From Macrostomum lignano (Eukaryota): 64,000 bases of DNA. The stretch lies in assembly GCA_002269645.1 (NCBI GenBank), contig NIVC01001186.1, positions 185,293 through 249,292 on the forward strand. Direction: 5' to 3'. This document shows positions 20,962 to 43,988 of the stretch, one piece after another. How positions within the stretch are numbered: position 1 is the first letter of the stretch; each line of letters begins with the position of its first letter. The position numbers and the translations under genes are program-made. A model generated the notes under the pieces. The model was given only the letters and a program-made list of their open reading frames with translations, made no database searches and was not told the origin of the DNA.

Positions 20962-23900
20962 AGATAGGCGCCAGAGTTAATTGGTGTCAGATCATTGTGT
21001 CAGATATAGGCGCCAGAGTTAATTGGTGTCAGATCATTGTGTCAGATATAGGCGCCAGAATTAATTGGTGTCAGATCATTGTGTCAGATATAGGCGCCAG
21101 AATTAATTGGTGTCAGATCATTGTGTCAGATATAGGCGCCAGAGTTAATTGGTGTCAGATCATTGTGTCAGATATAGGCGCCAGAATTAACTATTGTCAG
21201 ATCATTGTGTCAGATTGGGCGCCAGAATTAATTGGTGTCAGATCATTGTGTCAGATATAGGCGCCAGAATTAACTATTGTCAGATCATTGTGTCAGATTG
21301 GGCGCCAGAATTAACTATTGTCAGATCATTGTGTCAGATATAGGCGCCAGAGTTAATTGGTGTCAGATCATTGTGTCAGATTGCGCCAGAGTTAATTGGT
21401 GTCAGATCATTGTGTCAGATTGGGCGCCAGAATTAATTAGTGTCAGATCATTGTGTCAGATATAGGCGCCAGAATTAACTATTGTCAGATCATTGTGTCA
21501 GATATAGGCGCCAGAATTAATTGGTGTCAGATCATTGTGTCAGATATAGGCGCCAGAATTAACTATTGTCAGATCATTGTGTCAGATTGGGCGCCAGAAT
21601 TAACTGGTGTCAGATCATTGTGTCAGATATAGGCGCCAGAATTAATTGTTGTCAGATCATTGTGTCAGATATAGGCGCCAGAATTAATTGGTGTCAGATC
21701 ATTGTGTCAGATTGCGCCAGAATTAATTGGTGTCAGATCATTGTGTCAGATTGCGCCAGAGTTAATTGGTGTCAGATCATTGTGTCAGATATAGGCGCCA
21801 GAATTAATTGGTGTCAGATCATTGTGTCAGATTGCGCCAGAGTTAATTGGTGTCAGATCATTGTGTCAGATATAGGCGCCAGAATTAACTATTGTCAGAT
21901 CATTGTGTCAGATTGGGCGCCAGAATTAATTGGTGTCAGATCATTGTGTCAGATATAGGCGCCAGAGTTAATTGGTGTCAGATCATTGTGTCAGATATAG
22001 GCGCCAGACTTAATTGGTGTCAGATCATTGTGTCAGATTGGGCGCCAGAATTAACTGGTGTCAGATCATTGTGTCAGATTGGGCGCCAGAATTAATTGGT
22101 GTCAGATCATTGTGTCAGATTGGGCGCCAGAATTAACTGGTGTCAGATCATTGTGTCAGATTGGGCGCCAGAATTAATTGGTGTCAGATCATTGTGTCAG
22201 ATTGGGCGCCAGAATTAACTGGTGTCAGATCATTGTGTCAGATTGGGCGCCAGAGTTAATTGGTGTCAGATCATTGTGTCAGATTGGGCGCCAGAATTAA
22301 CTATTGTCAGATCATTGTGTCAGATTGGGCGCCAGAATTAATTGGTGTCAGATCATTGTGTCAGATTGCGCCAGAGTTAATTGGTGTCAGATCATTGTGT
22401 CAGATTGGGCGCCAGACTTAATTGGTGTCAGATCATTGTGTCAGATATAGGCGCCAGACTTAATTGGTGTCAGATCATTGTGTCAGATTGGGCGCCAGAA
22501 TTAACTGGTGTCAGATCATTGTGTCAGATTGGGCGCCAGAATTAATTGGTGTCAGATCATTGTGTCAGATTGGGCGCCAGAATTAACTGGTGTCAGATCA
22601 TTGTGTCAGATTGCGCCAGAGTTAATTGGTGTCAGATCATTGTGTCAGATTGGGCGCCAGAGTTAATTGGTGTCAGATCATTGTGTCAGATTGCGCCAGA
22701 GTTAATTGGTGTCAGATCATTGTGTCAGATTGGGCGCCAGACTTAATTGGTGTCAGATCATTGTGTCAGATATAGGCGCCAGAATTAATTGGTGTCAGAT
22801 CATTGTGTCAGATATAGGCGCCAGAGTTAATTGGTGTCAGATCATTGTGTCAGATATAGGCGCCAGAATTAATTGGTGTCAGATCATTGTGTCAGATATA
22901 GGCGCTAGAGTTAATTGGTGTCAGATCATTGTGTCAGATTGGGCGCCAGAATTAATTGGTGTCAGATCATTGTGTCAGATATAGGCGCTAGAGTTAATTG
23001 GTGTCAGATCATTGTGTCAGATTGGGCGCCAGAATTAATTGGTGTCAGATCATTGTGTCAGATATAGGCGCCAGAGTTAATTGGTGTCAGATCATTGTGT
23101 CAGATATAGGCGCCAGAATTAATTGGTGTCAGATCATTGTGTCAGATATAGGCGCCAGAATTAACTGGTGTCAGATCATTGTGTCAGATATAGGCGCCAG
23201 AGTTAATTGGTGTCAGATCATTGTGTCAGATATAGGCGCCAGAATTAACTGGTGTCAGATCATTGTGTCAGATATAGGCGCCAGAGTTAATTGGTGTCAG
23301 ATCATTGTGTCAGATATAGGCGCCAGAGTTAATTGGTGTCAGATCATTGTGTCAGATATAGGCGCCAGAATTAATTGGTGTCAGATCATTGTGTCAGATA
23401 TAGGCGCCAGAGTTAATTGGTGTCAGATCATTGTGTCAGATATAGGCGCCAGAGTTAATTGGTGTCAGATCATTGTGTCAGATATAGGCGCCAGAATTAA
23501 TTGGTGTCAGATCATTGTGTCAGATATAGGCGCCAGAGTTAATTCGTGTCAGATCATTGTGTCAGATATAGGCGCCAGAATTAACTGGTGTCAGATCATT
23601 GTGTCAGATATAGGCGCCAGAGTTAATTGGTGTCAGATAATTGTGTCAGATATAGGCGCCAGAATTAACTGGTGTCAGATCATTGTGTCAGATATAGGCG
23701 CCAGAATTAATTGGTGTCAGATCATTGTGTCAGATATAGGCGCCAGAGTTAATTGGTGTCAGATCATTGTGTCAGATATAGGCGCCAGAATTAATTGGTG
23801 TCAGATCATTGTGTCAGATATAGGCGCCAGAGTTAATTGGTGTCAGATCATTGTGTCAGATATAGGCGCCAGAGTTAATTGGTGTCAGATCATTGTGTCA

Positions 23901-26900
23901 GATATAGGCGCCAGAATTAATTGGTGTCAGATCATTGTGTCAGATATAGGCGCCAGAGTTAATTCGTGTCAGATCATTGTGTCAGATATAGGCGCCAGAG
24001 TTAATTGGTGTCAGATCATTGTGTCAGATATAGGCGCTAGAGTTAATTGGTGTCAGATCATTGTGTCAGATTGGGCGCCAGAATTAACTATTGTCAGATC
24101 ATTGTGTCAGATATAGGCGCCAGAATTAGTTGGTGTCAGATCATTGTGTCAGATATAGGCGCCAGAATTAATTGGTGTCAGATCATTGTGTCAGATATAG
24201 GCGCCAGAATTAACTGGTGTCAGATCATTGTGTCAGATATAGGCGCCAGAATTAATTGGTGTCAGATCATTGTGTCAGATATAGGCGCCAGAATTAACTA
24301 TTGTCAGATCATTGTGTCAGATTGGGCGCCAGAATTAACTGGTGTCAGATCATTGTGTCAGATTAGGCGCCAGAATTAACTGGTGTCAGATCATTGTGTC
24401 AGATTGGGCGCCAGAATTAACTGGTGTCAGATCATTGTGTCAGATATAGGCGCCAGAGTTAATTGGTGTCAGATCATTGTGTCAAATTGGGCTCCAGAAT
24501 TAACTATTGTCAGATCATTGTGTCAGATATAGGCGCCAGAATTAATTAGTGTCAGATCATTGTGTCAGATATAGGCGCCAGAATTAACTATTGTCAGATC
24601 ATTGTGTCAGATATAGGCGCCAGAATTAATTGGTGTCAGATCATTGTGTCAGATATAGGCGCCAGAATTAACTATTGTCAGATCATTGTGTCAGATTGGG
24701 CGCCAGAATTAACTGGTGTCAGATCATTGTGTCAGATATAGGCGCCAGAATTAATTGGTGTCAGATCATTGTGTCAGATATAGGCGCCAGAATTAATTGG
24801 TGTCAGATCATTGTGTCAGATTGGGCGCCAGAATTAATTGTTGTCAGATCATTGTGTCAGATTGGGCGCCAGAATTAATTGGTGTCAGATCATTGTGTCA
24901 GATATAGGCGCCAGAATTAATTGGTGTCAGATCATTGTGTCAGATTGGGCGCCAGAATTAACTGGTGTCAGATCATTGTGTCAGATTGCGCCAGAGTTAA
25001 TTGGTGTCAGATCATTGTGTCAGATTGGGCGCCAGACTTAATTGGTGTCAGATCAATGTGTCAGATATAGGCGCCAGAATTAATTGGTGTCAGATCATTG
25101 TGTCAGATATAGGCGCCAGAATTAATTAGTGTCAGATCATTGTGTCAGATATAGGCGCCAGAATTAATTGGTGTCAGATCATTGTGTCAGATTGCGCCAG
25201 AGTTAATTGGTGTCAGATCATTGTGTCAGATATAGGCGCCAGAATTAATTGGTGTCAGATCATTGTGTCAGATTGGGCGCCAGAATTAATTGTTGTCAGA
25301 TCATTGTGTCAGATTGGGCGCCAGAATTAATTGGTGTCAGATCATTGTGTCAGATATAGGCGCCAGAATTAATTGGTGTCAGATCATTGTGTCAGATATA
25401 GGCGCCAGAATTAATTGGTGTCAGATCATTGTGTCAGATTGGGCGCCAGAATTAATTGTTGTCAGATCATTGTGTCAGATTGGGCGCCAGAATTAATTGG
25501 TGTCAGATCATTGTGTCAGATATAGGCGCCAGAGTTAATTGGTGTCAGATCATTGTGTCAGATTGGGCGCCAGAATTAACTGGTGTCAGATCATTGTGTC
25601 AGATATAGGCGCCAGAGTTAATTGGTGTCAGATCATTGTGTCAGATATAGGCGCCAGAGTTAATTGGTGTCAGATCATTGTGTCAGATATAGGCGCCAGA
25701 GTTAATTGGTGTCAGATCATTGTGTCAGATATAGGCGCCAGAATTAATTGGTGTCAGATCATTGTGTCAGATTGGGCGCCAGAATTAATTGTTGTCAGAT
25801 CATTGTGTCAGATTGGGCGCCAGAATTAATTGGTGTCAGATCATTGTGTCAGATATAGGCGCCAGAATTAACTGGTGTCAGATCATTGTGTCAGATTGGG
25901 CGCCAGAATTAACTGGTGTCAGATCATTGTGTCAGATATAGGCGCCAGAGTTAATTGGTGTCAGATCATTGTGTCAGATATAGGCGCCAGAATTAATTGG
26001 TGTCAGATCATTGTGTCAGATATAGGCGCCAGAGTTAATTGGTGTCAGATCATTGTGTCAGATATAGGCGCCAGAGTTAATTGGTGTCAGATCATTGTGT
26101 CAGATTGGGCGCCAGACTTAATTGGTGTCAGATCATTGTGTCAGATTTGGCGCCAGAATTAGTTGGTGTCAATCATTTTGTCAGATATAGGCGCCAGACT
26201 TAATTGTTGTCAGATCATTGTGTCAGATATAGGCGCCAGAGTTAATTGGTGTCAGATCATTGTGTCAGATATAGGCGCCAGAGTTAATTGGTGTCAGATC
26301 ATTGTGTCAGATATAGGCGCCAGAATTAATTGGTGTCAGATCATTGTGTCAGATATAGGCGCCAGAGTTAATTCGTGTCAGATCATTGTGTCAGATATAG
26401 GCGCCAGAATTAACTGGTGTCAGATCATTGTGTCAGATATAGGCGCCAGAGTTAATTGGTGTCAGATAATTGTGTCAGATATAGGCGCCAGAATTAACTG
26501 GTGTCAGATCATTGTGTCAGATATAGGCGCCAGAGTTAATTGGTGTCAGATCATTGTGTCAGATATAGGCGCCAGAGTTAATTGGTGTCAGATCATTGTG
26601 TCAGATATAGGCGCCAGAATTAATTGGTGTCAGATCATTGTGTCAGATATAGGCGCCAGAGTTAATTGGTGTCAGATCATTGTGTCAGATATAGGCGCCA
26701 GAGTTAATTGGTGTCAGATCATTGTGTCAGATATAGGCGCCAGAATTAATTGGTGTCAGATCATTGTGTCAGATATAAGCGCCAGAGTTAATTCGTGTCA
26801 GATCATTGTGTCAGATATAGGCGCCAGAGTTAATTGGTGTCAGATCATTGTGTCAGATATAGGCGCTAGAGTTAATTGGTGTCAGATCATTGTGTCAGAT

Positions 26901-29900
26901 TGGGCGCCAGAATTAACTATTGTCAGATCATTGTGTCAGATATAAGCGCCAGAATTAGTTGGTGTCAGATCATTGTGTCAGATATAGGCGCCAGAATTAA
27001 TTGGTGTCAGATCATTGTGTCAGATATAGGCGCCAGAATTAACTATTGTCAGATCATTGTGTCAGATATAGGCGCCAGAATTAATTGGTGTCAGATCATT
27101 GTGTCAGATATAGGCGCCAGAATTAACTATTGTCAGATCATTGTGTCAGATTGGGCGCCAGAATTAACTGGTGTCAGATCATTGTGTCAGATTGGGCGCC
27201 AGAATTAACTGGTGTCAGATCATTGTGTCAGATATAGGCGCCAGAATTAATTGGTGTCAGATCATTGTGTCAAATTGGGCTCCAGAATTAACTATTGTCA
27301 GATCATTGTGTCAGATATAGGCGCCAGAATTAATTAGTGTCAGATCATTGTGTCAGATATAGGCGCCAGAATTAACTATTGTCAGATCATTGTGTCAGAT
27401 ATAGGCGCCAGAATTAATTGGTGTCAGATCATTGTGTCAGATATAGGCGCCAGAATTAACTATTGTCAGATCATTGTGTCAGATTGGGCGCCAGAATTAA
27501 CTGGTGTCAGATCATTGTGTCAGATATAGGAGCCAGAATTAATTGGTGTCAGATCATTGTGTCAGATATAGGCGCCAGAATTAATTGGTGTCAGATCATT
27601 GTGTCAGATTGGGCGCCAGAATTAATTGTTGTCAGATCATTGTGTCAGATTGGGCGCCAGAATTAATTGGTGTCAGATCATTGTGTCAGATATAGGCGCC
27701 AGAATTAATTGGTGTCAGATCATTGTGTCAGATATAGGCGCCAGAATTAATTATTGTCAGATCATTGTGTCAGATATAGGCGCCAGAATTAATTGGTGTC
27801 AGATCATTGTGTCAGATTGCGCCAGAGTTAATTGGTGTCAGATCATTGTGTCAGATATAGGCGCCAGAATTAATTGGTGTCAGATCATTGTGTCAGATTG
27901 GGCGCCAGAATTAATTGTTGTCAGATCATTGTGTCAGATTGGGCGCCAGAATTAATTGGTGTCAGATCATTGTGTCAGATATAGGCGCCAGAATTAATTG
28001 GTGTCAGATCATTGTGTCAGATATAGGCGCCAGAATTAATTGGTGTCAGATCATTGTGTCAGATTGGGCGCCAGAATTAATTGGTGTCAGATCATTGTGT
28101 CAGATTGGGCGCCAGAATTAATTGTTGTCAGATCATTGTGTCAGATATAGGCGCCAGAGTTAATTGGTGTCAGATCATTGTGTCAGATATAGGCGCCAGA
28201 GTTAATTGGTGTCAGATCATTGTGTCAGATATAGGCGCCAGAATTAATTGGTGTCAGATCATTGTGTCAGATATAGGCGCCAGAGTTAATTGGTGTTAGA
28301 TCATTGTGTCAGATATAGGCGCCAGAGTTAATTGGTGTCAGATCATTGTGTCAGATTGGGCGCCAGAATTAATTGTTGTCAGATCATTGTGTCAGATTGG
28401 GCGCCAGAATTAATTGGTGTCAGATCATTGTGTCAGATATAGGCGCCAGAATTAATTGGTGTCAGATCATTGTGTCAGATTGGGCGCCAGAATTAACTGG
28501 TGTCAGATCATTGTGTCAGATATAGGCGCCAGAGTTAATTGGTGTCAGATCATTGTGTCAGATATAGGCGCCAGAATTAATTGGTGTCAGATCATTGTGT
28601 CAGATATAGGCGCCAGAGTTAATTGGTGTCAGATCATTGTGTCAGATATAGGCGCCAGAGTTAATTGGTGTCAGATCATTGTGTCAGATTGGGCGCCAGA
28701 CTTAATTGGTGTCAGATCATTGTGTCAGATTTGGGCGCCAGAATTAGTTGGTGTCAAATCATTTTGTCAGATATAGGCGCCAGACTTAATTGTTGTCAGA
28801 TCATTGTGTCAGATTGCGCCAGAATTAATTGGTGTCAGATCATTGTGTCAGATATAGGCGCCAGAATTAATTGGTGTCAGATCATTGTGTCAGATATAGG
28901 CGCCAGAATTAACTGGTGTCAGATCATTGTGTCAGATATAGGCGCCAGAGTTAATTGGTGTCAGATCATTGTGTCAGATATAGGCGCCAGAGTTAATTGG
29001 TGTCAGATCATTGTGTCAGATATAGGCGCCAGAATTAATTGGTGTCAGATCATTGTGTCAGATATAGGCGCCAGAGTTAATTGGTGTCAGATCATTGTGT
29101 CAGATATAGGCGCCAGAATTAATTGGTGTCAGATCATTGTGTCAGATATAGGCGCCAGAATTAATTGGTGTCAGATCATTGTGTCAGATATAGGCGCCAG
29201 AGTTAATTGGTGTCAGATCATTGTGTCAGATATAGGCGCCAGAATTAATTGGTGTCAGATCATTGTGTCAGATATAGGCGCCAGAGTTAATTGGTGTCAG
29301 ATCATTGTGTCAGATATAGGCGCCAGAGTTAATTGGTGTCAGATCATTGTGTCAGATATAGGCGCCAGAGTTAATTGGTGTCAGATCATTGTGTCAGATT
29401 GGGCGCCAGAGTTAATTGGTGTCAGATCATTGTGTCAGATATAGGCGCCAGAGTTAATTGGTGTCAGATCATTGTGTCAGATATAGGCGCCAGAGTTAAT
29501 TGGTGTCAGATCATTGTGTCAGATTGGGCGCCAGACTTAATTGGTGTCAGATCATTTTGTCAGATTTGGGCGCCAGAATTAGTTGGTGTCAAATCATTGT
29601 GTCAGATATAGGCGCCAGAATTAGTTGGTGTCAAATCATTGTGTCAGATATAGGCGCCAGAGTTAATTGGTGTCAGATCATTGTGTCAGATTGGGCGCCA
29701 GACTTAATTGGTGTCAGATCATTGTGTCAGATTTGGGCGCCAGAATTAGTTGGTGTCAAATCATTTTGTCAGATATAGGCGCCAGACTTAATTGTTGTCA
29801 GATCATTGTGTCAGATTGGGCGCCAGAGTTAATTGGTGTCAGATCATTGTGTCAGATTGGGCGCCAGAATTAATTGGTGTCAGATCATTGTGTCAGATAT

Positions 29901-30505
29901 AGGCGCCAGAGTTAATTGGTGTCAGATCATTGTGTCAGATTGGGCGCCAGAATTAATTGGTGTCAGATCATTGTGTCAGATTGGGCGCCAGAATTAATTG
30001 GTGTCAGATCATTGTGTCAGATTGGGCGCCAGAATTAATTGGTGTCAGATCATTGTGTCAGATTGGGCGCCAGAATTAATTGGTGTCAGATCATTGTGTC
30101 AGATTGGGCGCCAGAATTAATTGGTGTCAGATCATTGTGTCAGATTGGGCGCCAGAATTAATTGGTGTCAGATCATTGTGTCAGATATAGGCGCCAGAGT
30201 TAATTGGTGTCAGATCATTGTGTCAGATTGGGCGCCAGAATTAATTGGTGTCAGATCATTGTGTCAGATTGGGCGCCAGAATTAATTGGTGTCAGATCAT
30301 TGTGTCAGATTGGGCGCCAGAATTAATTGGTGTCAGATCATTGTGTCAGATTGGGCGCCAGAATTAATTGGTGTCAGATCATTGTGTCAGATTGGGCGCC
30401 AGAATTAATTGGTGTCAGATCATTGTGTCAGATTGGGCGCCAGAATTAATTGGTGTCAGATCATTGTGTCAGATTGGGCGCCAGAATTAATTGGTGTCAG
30501 ATTTT
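20962..30505. repeat. 42-bp satellite (ataggcgccagagttaattggtgtcagatcattgtgtcagat; 41- and 39-bp variants), about 230 units, 9.5 kb
   Basis: Direct tandem repetition; accounts for all IGARVNWCQIIVSD ORFs. Confidence 0.98.
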
Positions 30506-30873
30506 CAGGACGTTCCTGCAGTAAGGAAGGCAGTTTTGTTACATCATTGTGGCAGATTGCTAGTACTGCAATCAAATCGGTCCCACGATGCTCTTGCGGT
30601 CATAAATTGCATGGCTTTTGAAGCAACTTCCCTCTCGCCTCATCCAGAGCTTTTATTCTCCCATTTTATGACCACATAAAATGTGCAGACTTATACTAAA
30701 AACTGGCGCAGTAACAATAGAGAAACTTGCACATTTTTAATCAGATTATTGATGCAAATTTATTATCCCTGGTCTAAATCGATTGCATATAAGCCGTGGC
30801 AACTCAATTTAGCTCTTGTACTATTCTAACAACAAATTCAACACAAATCACAGCAAGTCAGTGCAGTTTAGCA

Positions 30874-39793
<8,920 letters not shown>

Positions 39794-39899
39794 ATATTCG
39801 TCTCTGACATTCAACACAGAAGACTTTTGATTGGATGGCTCACTTACGAGCGTATTTTTCCTGAGGAATATTTTCGCGCCTGCATTAAGCTGTAACTTC

Positions 39900-40557
39900 T
39901 AGGGGGCGCCAGCTACAGAGGGGGCGCCAGCTACAGAGGGGGCGCCAGCTACAGTGTGGGCGCCAGCTACAAAGTGGGCGCCAGCTACAGAGGGGGCGCC
40001 AGCTACAGAGTGGGCGCCAGCTACAAAGTGGGCGCCAGCTACAGAGGGGGCGCCAGCTACAGAGGGGGCGCCAGCTACAGTGTGGGCGCCAGCTACAAAG
40101 TGGGCGCCAGCTACAGAGGGGGCGCCAGCTACAGAGGGGGCGCCAGCTACAGTGTGGGCGCCAGCTACAAAGTGGGCGCCAGCTACAGAGGGGGCGCCAG
40201 CTACAGAGGGGTCGCCAGCTACAGGGAGGCGCCAGCTACAGAGGGGGCGCCAGCTACAGGGGGGCGCCAGCTACAGAGAGGGCGCCAGCTACAGAGGGGG
40301 CGCCAGCTACAGGGGGGCGCCAGCTACAGAGAGGGCGCCAGCTACAGAGGGGGCGCCAGCTACAGAGTGGGCGCCAGCTACAGAGGGGGCGCCAGCTACA
40401 GGGGGGCGCCAGCTACAGAGGGGGCGCCAGCTACAAAGGGGCGCCAGCTACAGAGTGGGCGCCAGCTACAGAGGGGGCGCCAGCTACAGAGGGGGCGCCA
40501 GCTACAAAGGGGGCGCCAGCTACAAAGGGGGCGCCAGCTACAGAGGGTTCGCCAGCT
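39900..40557. repeat. 17-19 bp GC-rich minisatellite (gggggcgccagctacaga), about 36 copies
   Basis: Direct repetition between MYCBPAP and TLR-A. Confidence 0.95.
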
Positions 40558-41091
40558 AATTGCTGTTCTAAATAAGTTTTAAATGTATCACCTAGCTATT
40601 CGCTATTACACTTACTGTCCCTCTAACTTAAGTTTCTGATAAATTATGAAAAGATACTGTAAATTACATATATGAATTGAAGATTACAAAAAATATAATG
40701 AAAACCAAATGAAAGTCAGATTTGATAAAGTATAGAGATCCAGGCGATCTATGCAGTGAATATAAACATAGGGCTCGTATCTTAACATAGCAACTTGGGG
40801 GCACAATGAATTAAGCTTTTATCTTGGCTAGAAACTTCAGCGTGACAAAAAAGGTGAAGCTACACCTCTCTTCAATGCATCGCATGAGAGTGTTTAGATA
40901 TAGAAGCAGCGAACTTCCGCTGATTTACATCTGACGCATAAATAAGCTTCGCGCACCTGGAACCTGCCAGGTGCCCCAAAGTTACAGTTAGCAAGATGCA
41001 AGCAGTTGTCTCTGTTTCTGCTTGGTAGAGCATTAGTTTGTAAAACTTACCGATTTTTTAAGCAACCCTGACTTAATAAGACAATCGGACA

Positions 41092-43988
41092 ATGCGGCAA
41101 CTGATTGTGTTGCTTTCAGTTTGCTGCGCCGTTTCGAGCAGAACTTCGCCTGTGCAGTCTTGCCGCTTCCCATCAAAATGCGACTGCACAATCGAAAGGA
41201 AAGATCCCTATCTCATGTGCGTGAAGATGGAGAACTGTCTCAATCAGGCTGACATGAACGCCATCGCTGCTTCAATCAATCCGAACGTTTGTCCCGTAAC
41301 CCATTTGAAAATTTCCTGCTCAAAAGAGTCCAAAGGCAAGGAAATTGAGATCCAATCGGATCTATTCAAGCACTCGAATTGGCAACACCTGAAAGAGCTC
41401 ACTTTCGGATCTCCAGTTGATTACGTCTTCAAAGAAACAAAGGTTTTAAAACACCTGAAGAAACTGCGGTACCTGGAGATGCAGTTTATGAACATCGTCA
41501 CTGACCTCGGTACACTGTCGGAGACAATGTGCTGCTCCGTCAACTTATCGGAATTGCACTTTAGAGGTGTCACGATAAAATCACGGGCATCAACTCTTGG
41601 TCGGAATTCATTCATTGGCTTTCGGTCTCTTAAAAAGGTGACCATTAATAGCTCTCCGTCGATGCTGAAGACAATCAAATACCAGTTCAATACAACTGCT
41701 CCAAGCTTTCTGTTCGAAATTTACGGCAATCTTCCTCGTGGAAACTTCTCCAGCATCAGCTTGACAAACACTGCTAACCGATCTGGCCTTCATTTGGGCT
41801 TGCACGGTGATGATCGTTCATTCCAGCTAGATGCCCCAGCTCAAATCGAAGGGTTCACATTGTCCACATTTTCCATGACTAACTACCATCTGGTGTCTGT
41901 CGGTGAGTCACCGTTTGCCGACTTCCAGCTGCAGACGATCGAGATTTCTTCTTCGCGATTGAATGAGAAGCTGTTAAAGAGGCTGCTGCGAGCTGCAAGC
42001 CGAGTCAAGGACCCCGCGCTCTTCAATAAACTCTCCGTCCAGTTCTCCCTGAGCAAGCCGGGATTCCCGTATGACGACTTCAATCGTCTGTGCGAGTCCT
42101 TGCCTTGGATAAGGGAAATATCCATCAGCCACTCACCGATTAGCTTGTCAGACCCAAACAAGCTGCTCAACTGCTCCCAGCTGAGAACACTGTCATTAAC
42201 CAACACAAAGTTAAATCTGCTGCCACCAAATGTTTTCAGTGGTCTACCCAAACTGAAAACTTTAGTCCTTACGAACTGCCATCTGTACGAGTTTCCCAAA
42301 GAAGCTCTTCGACAAACGCCCAATCTAGAGACGCTCATCATGGAGAAGAACAACAACATGGACGTCAAGGCTACCTCACTTCGAGGCATTCTCCCCAACT
42401 TGCGCTCTCTGGATTTATCCTACGCAAGCATATCTGCTGCACTTGTTGATGCTTTCATGGATCAGAAGAATCTGACCTACTTAAAGCTAAGCAACCTGCA
42501 TAACAACGCATGGTGCACTGTCGGCAAGACTTGGTTCCGTGGATGCGACAAGCTGACGAACCTGGACCTCTCGCAAAACGACATGCTGTCGAAGGCGCTG
42601 TGCCATGCAAACGGGTTCCTCGCACCGCTCAGACATCTTCAACACCTCAACTTGAGAAAGTGTTTAGTCGGCAGACAAACCGATGGAATCATAAAGTCAA
42701 TGCTGACGAATCTCACCTCACTGAGAACTCTTGACTTGGAAGGAAACGACATCGATAAAGTGAAACACATTCTGAGTGTCCGGATGCCCAATCTAACCAC
42801 CTTGAACCTCGCGAAGAACTCCTTCTCCGAATTTTCGTCAGACCTTTTCATTACGAGGACACCGAATCTCAAAGTGCTTAAACTTGCCGCCAACCCAATC
42901 GTGAGTCTGAGGCCTGCAGCTTTCAATCGAATGCCGGATCTCAGGGTGCTCTTCGGAGGTAACCAGTTCGTCTGCTCATGCGACTTGGTGAAGTTTACTG
43001 ACTGGATGAGACAGCAGTACCCGATCTACCAGATTGAGAACAAAGGTTCGTGGCTATCCAATGCAATGTGCAACAAGATGCCTAACGGGTCCCATCCAAT
43101 CAGCAATGTCATGCTGTTGGACTTCCGACTGTCCTGGTGGGACTGCTACAGCAGACGGCTGATTGCTGTGTTGTCCTCGGCGATCGGCGGACTGATGGTT
43201 GTGTTCGCGGTGAGCAGCGCGGTTTCGAGATACCGCTGGAAGCTCCGGTATGCGCTGCTAGCGTTCTGCATTCGGCACGGACTCGTGAGAGGGCGGAAGC
43301 TGCAGAGCGAATGGACCTACGAGTGAGTTTAAATATTGTGCTAATGTCGGATTTATTGGATTTAGGCTAATGTTGAGCTGGTAGATAGTCTGTTCCAAAA
43401 ACTTTGGTACGTTATGGAACGGTATGGAACCAATGCTTAATTGGCGAGTAATTTGATTGATACTTTGATGACCGCCGCAGCGCCTGCTTCATCTACGACG
43501 AGACGGACAGCTCGGTGTCCGAGTGGGTCGGCGACCTCGTCCTCAAGCTTGAGACGGACCTGCGGCTCCGCCTGTACGAAGCCGAGAGAGACGCGCCCGT
43601 CGGGTCCAACATGCTGGACGAGGCGGCCTCGGCCATCGACAAGAGCCGACACGCCGTGCTGGTGCTGAGCCGGGGCTTCCTGGAGAACAGGCTCAACTTG
43701 TACAGCGCACAGTGGAGCAGCGAATCGCTGTTTATGCGCCGCCGCTCTCTGGCCGTTCTCGTCATGAGGGAGAAGCTGAGCGAGTCCGAGCTGCGATTTC
43801 CGGAATGCAAGGTGCTGCATCGGCTGTACCGGATGTGCAAGCGGGACCGGATTGTAGACTGCAGCGGCTGTGGAGTCGGGAGCAACTCCGCGAACCGGCT
43901 GGGACTGCTGCTGTACGACGGCGCGGCCGTGTCGGGGCGGGCGCAGGAGCGTCGGGCTCAGGAGTCCGAGACCGAGTGGCTTCTCTAG
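41092..43988 (+). CDS. Toll-like receptor A (signal peptide, LRRs, LRRCT, TM, TIR); exons 41092-43322 and 43481-43988, 912 aa
   Basis: Hydrophobic N-terminus, LRRNT CRFPSKCDC, LxxLxLxxNxL repeats, LRRCT GNQFVCSCDLVKFTDW...C...C, TM LIAVLSSAIGGLMVVFAVSSAVS then RYRWKLRY. Phase-2 intron GA|gtgagt...ccgcag|C gives EWTYDACFIY; TIR with SEWV, LRL..RD..VG and AIDKSR..VLVLS..FL. Confidence 0.93.

Noticed and set aside
20962-30505. Dozens of ORFs up to 372 aa (IGARVNWCQIIVSD repeats)
   Set aside because: They arise because the 42-bp unit is a multiple of 3 with no stop in one frame; 41- and 39-bp variants break the frame at random.
39880-40995. Possible TIR pair around the 18-bp minisatellite (gctgtaacttctagggggcgcc near 39890 versus ggtgccccaaagttacag near 40970)
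   Set aside because: The match is short and gapped and no TSD is visible, so it is not enough to call an element.
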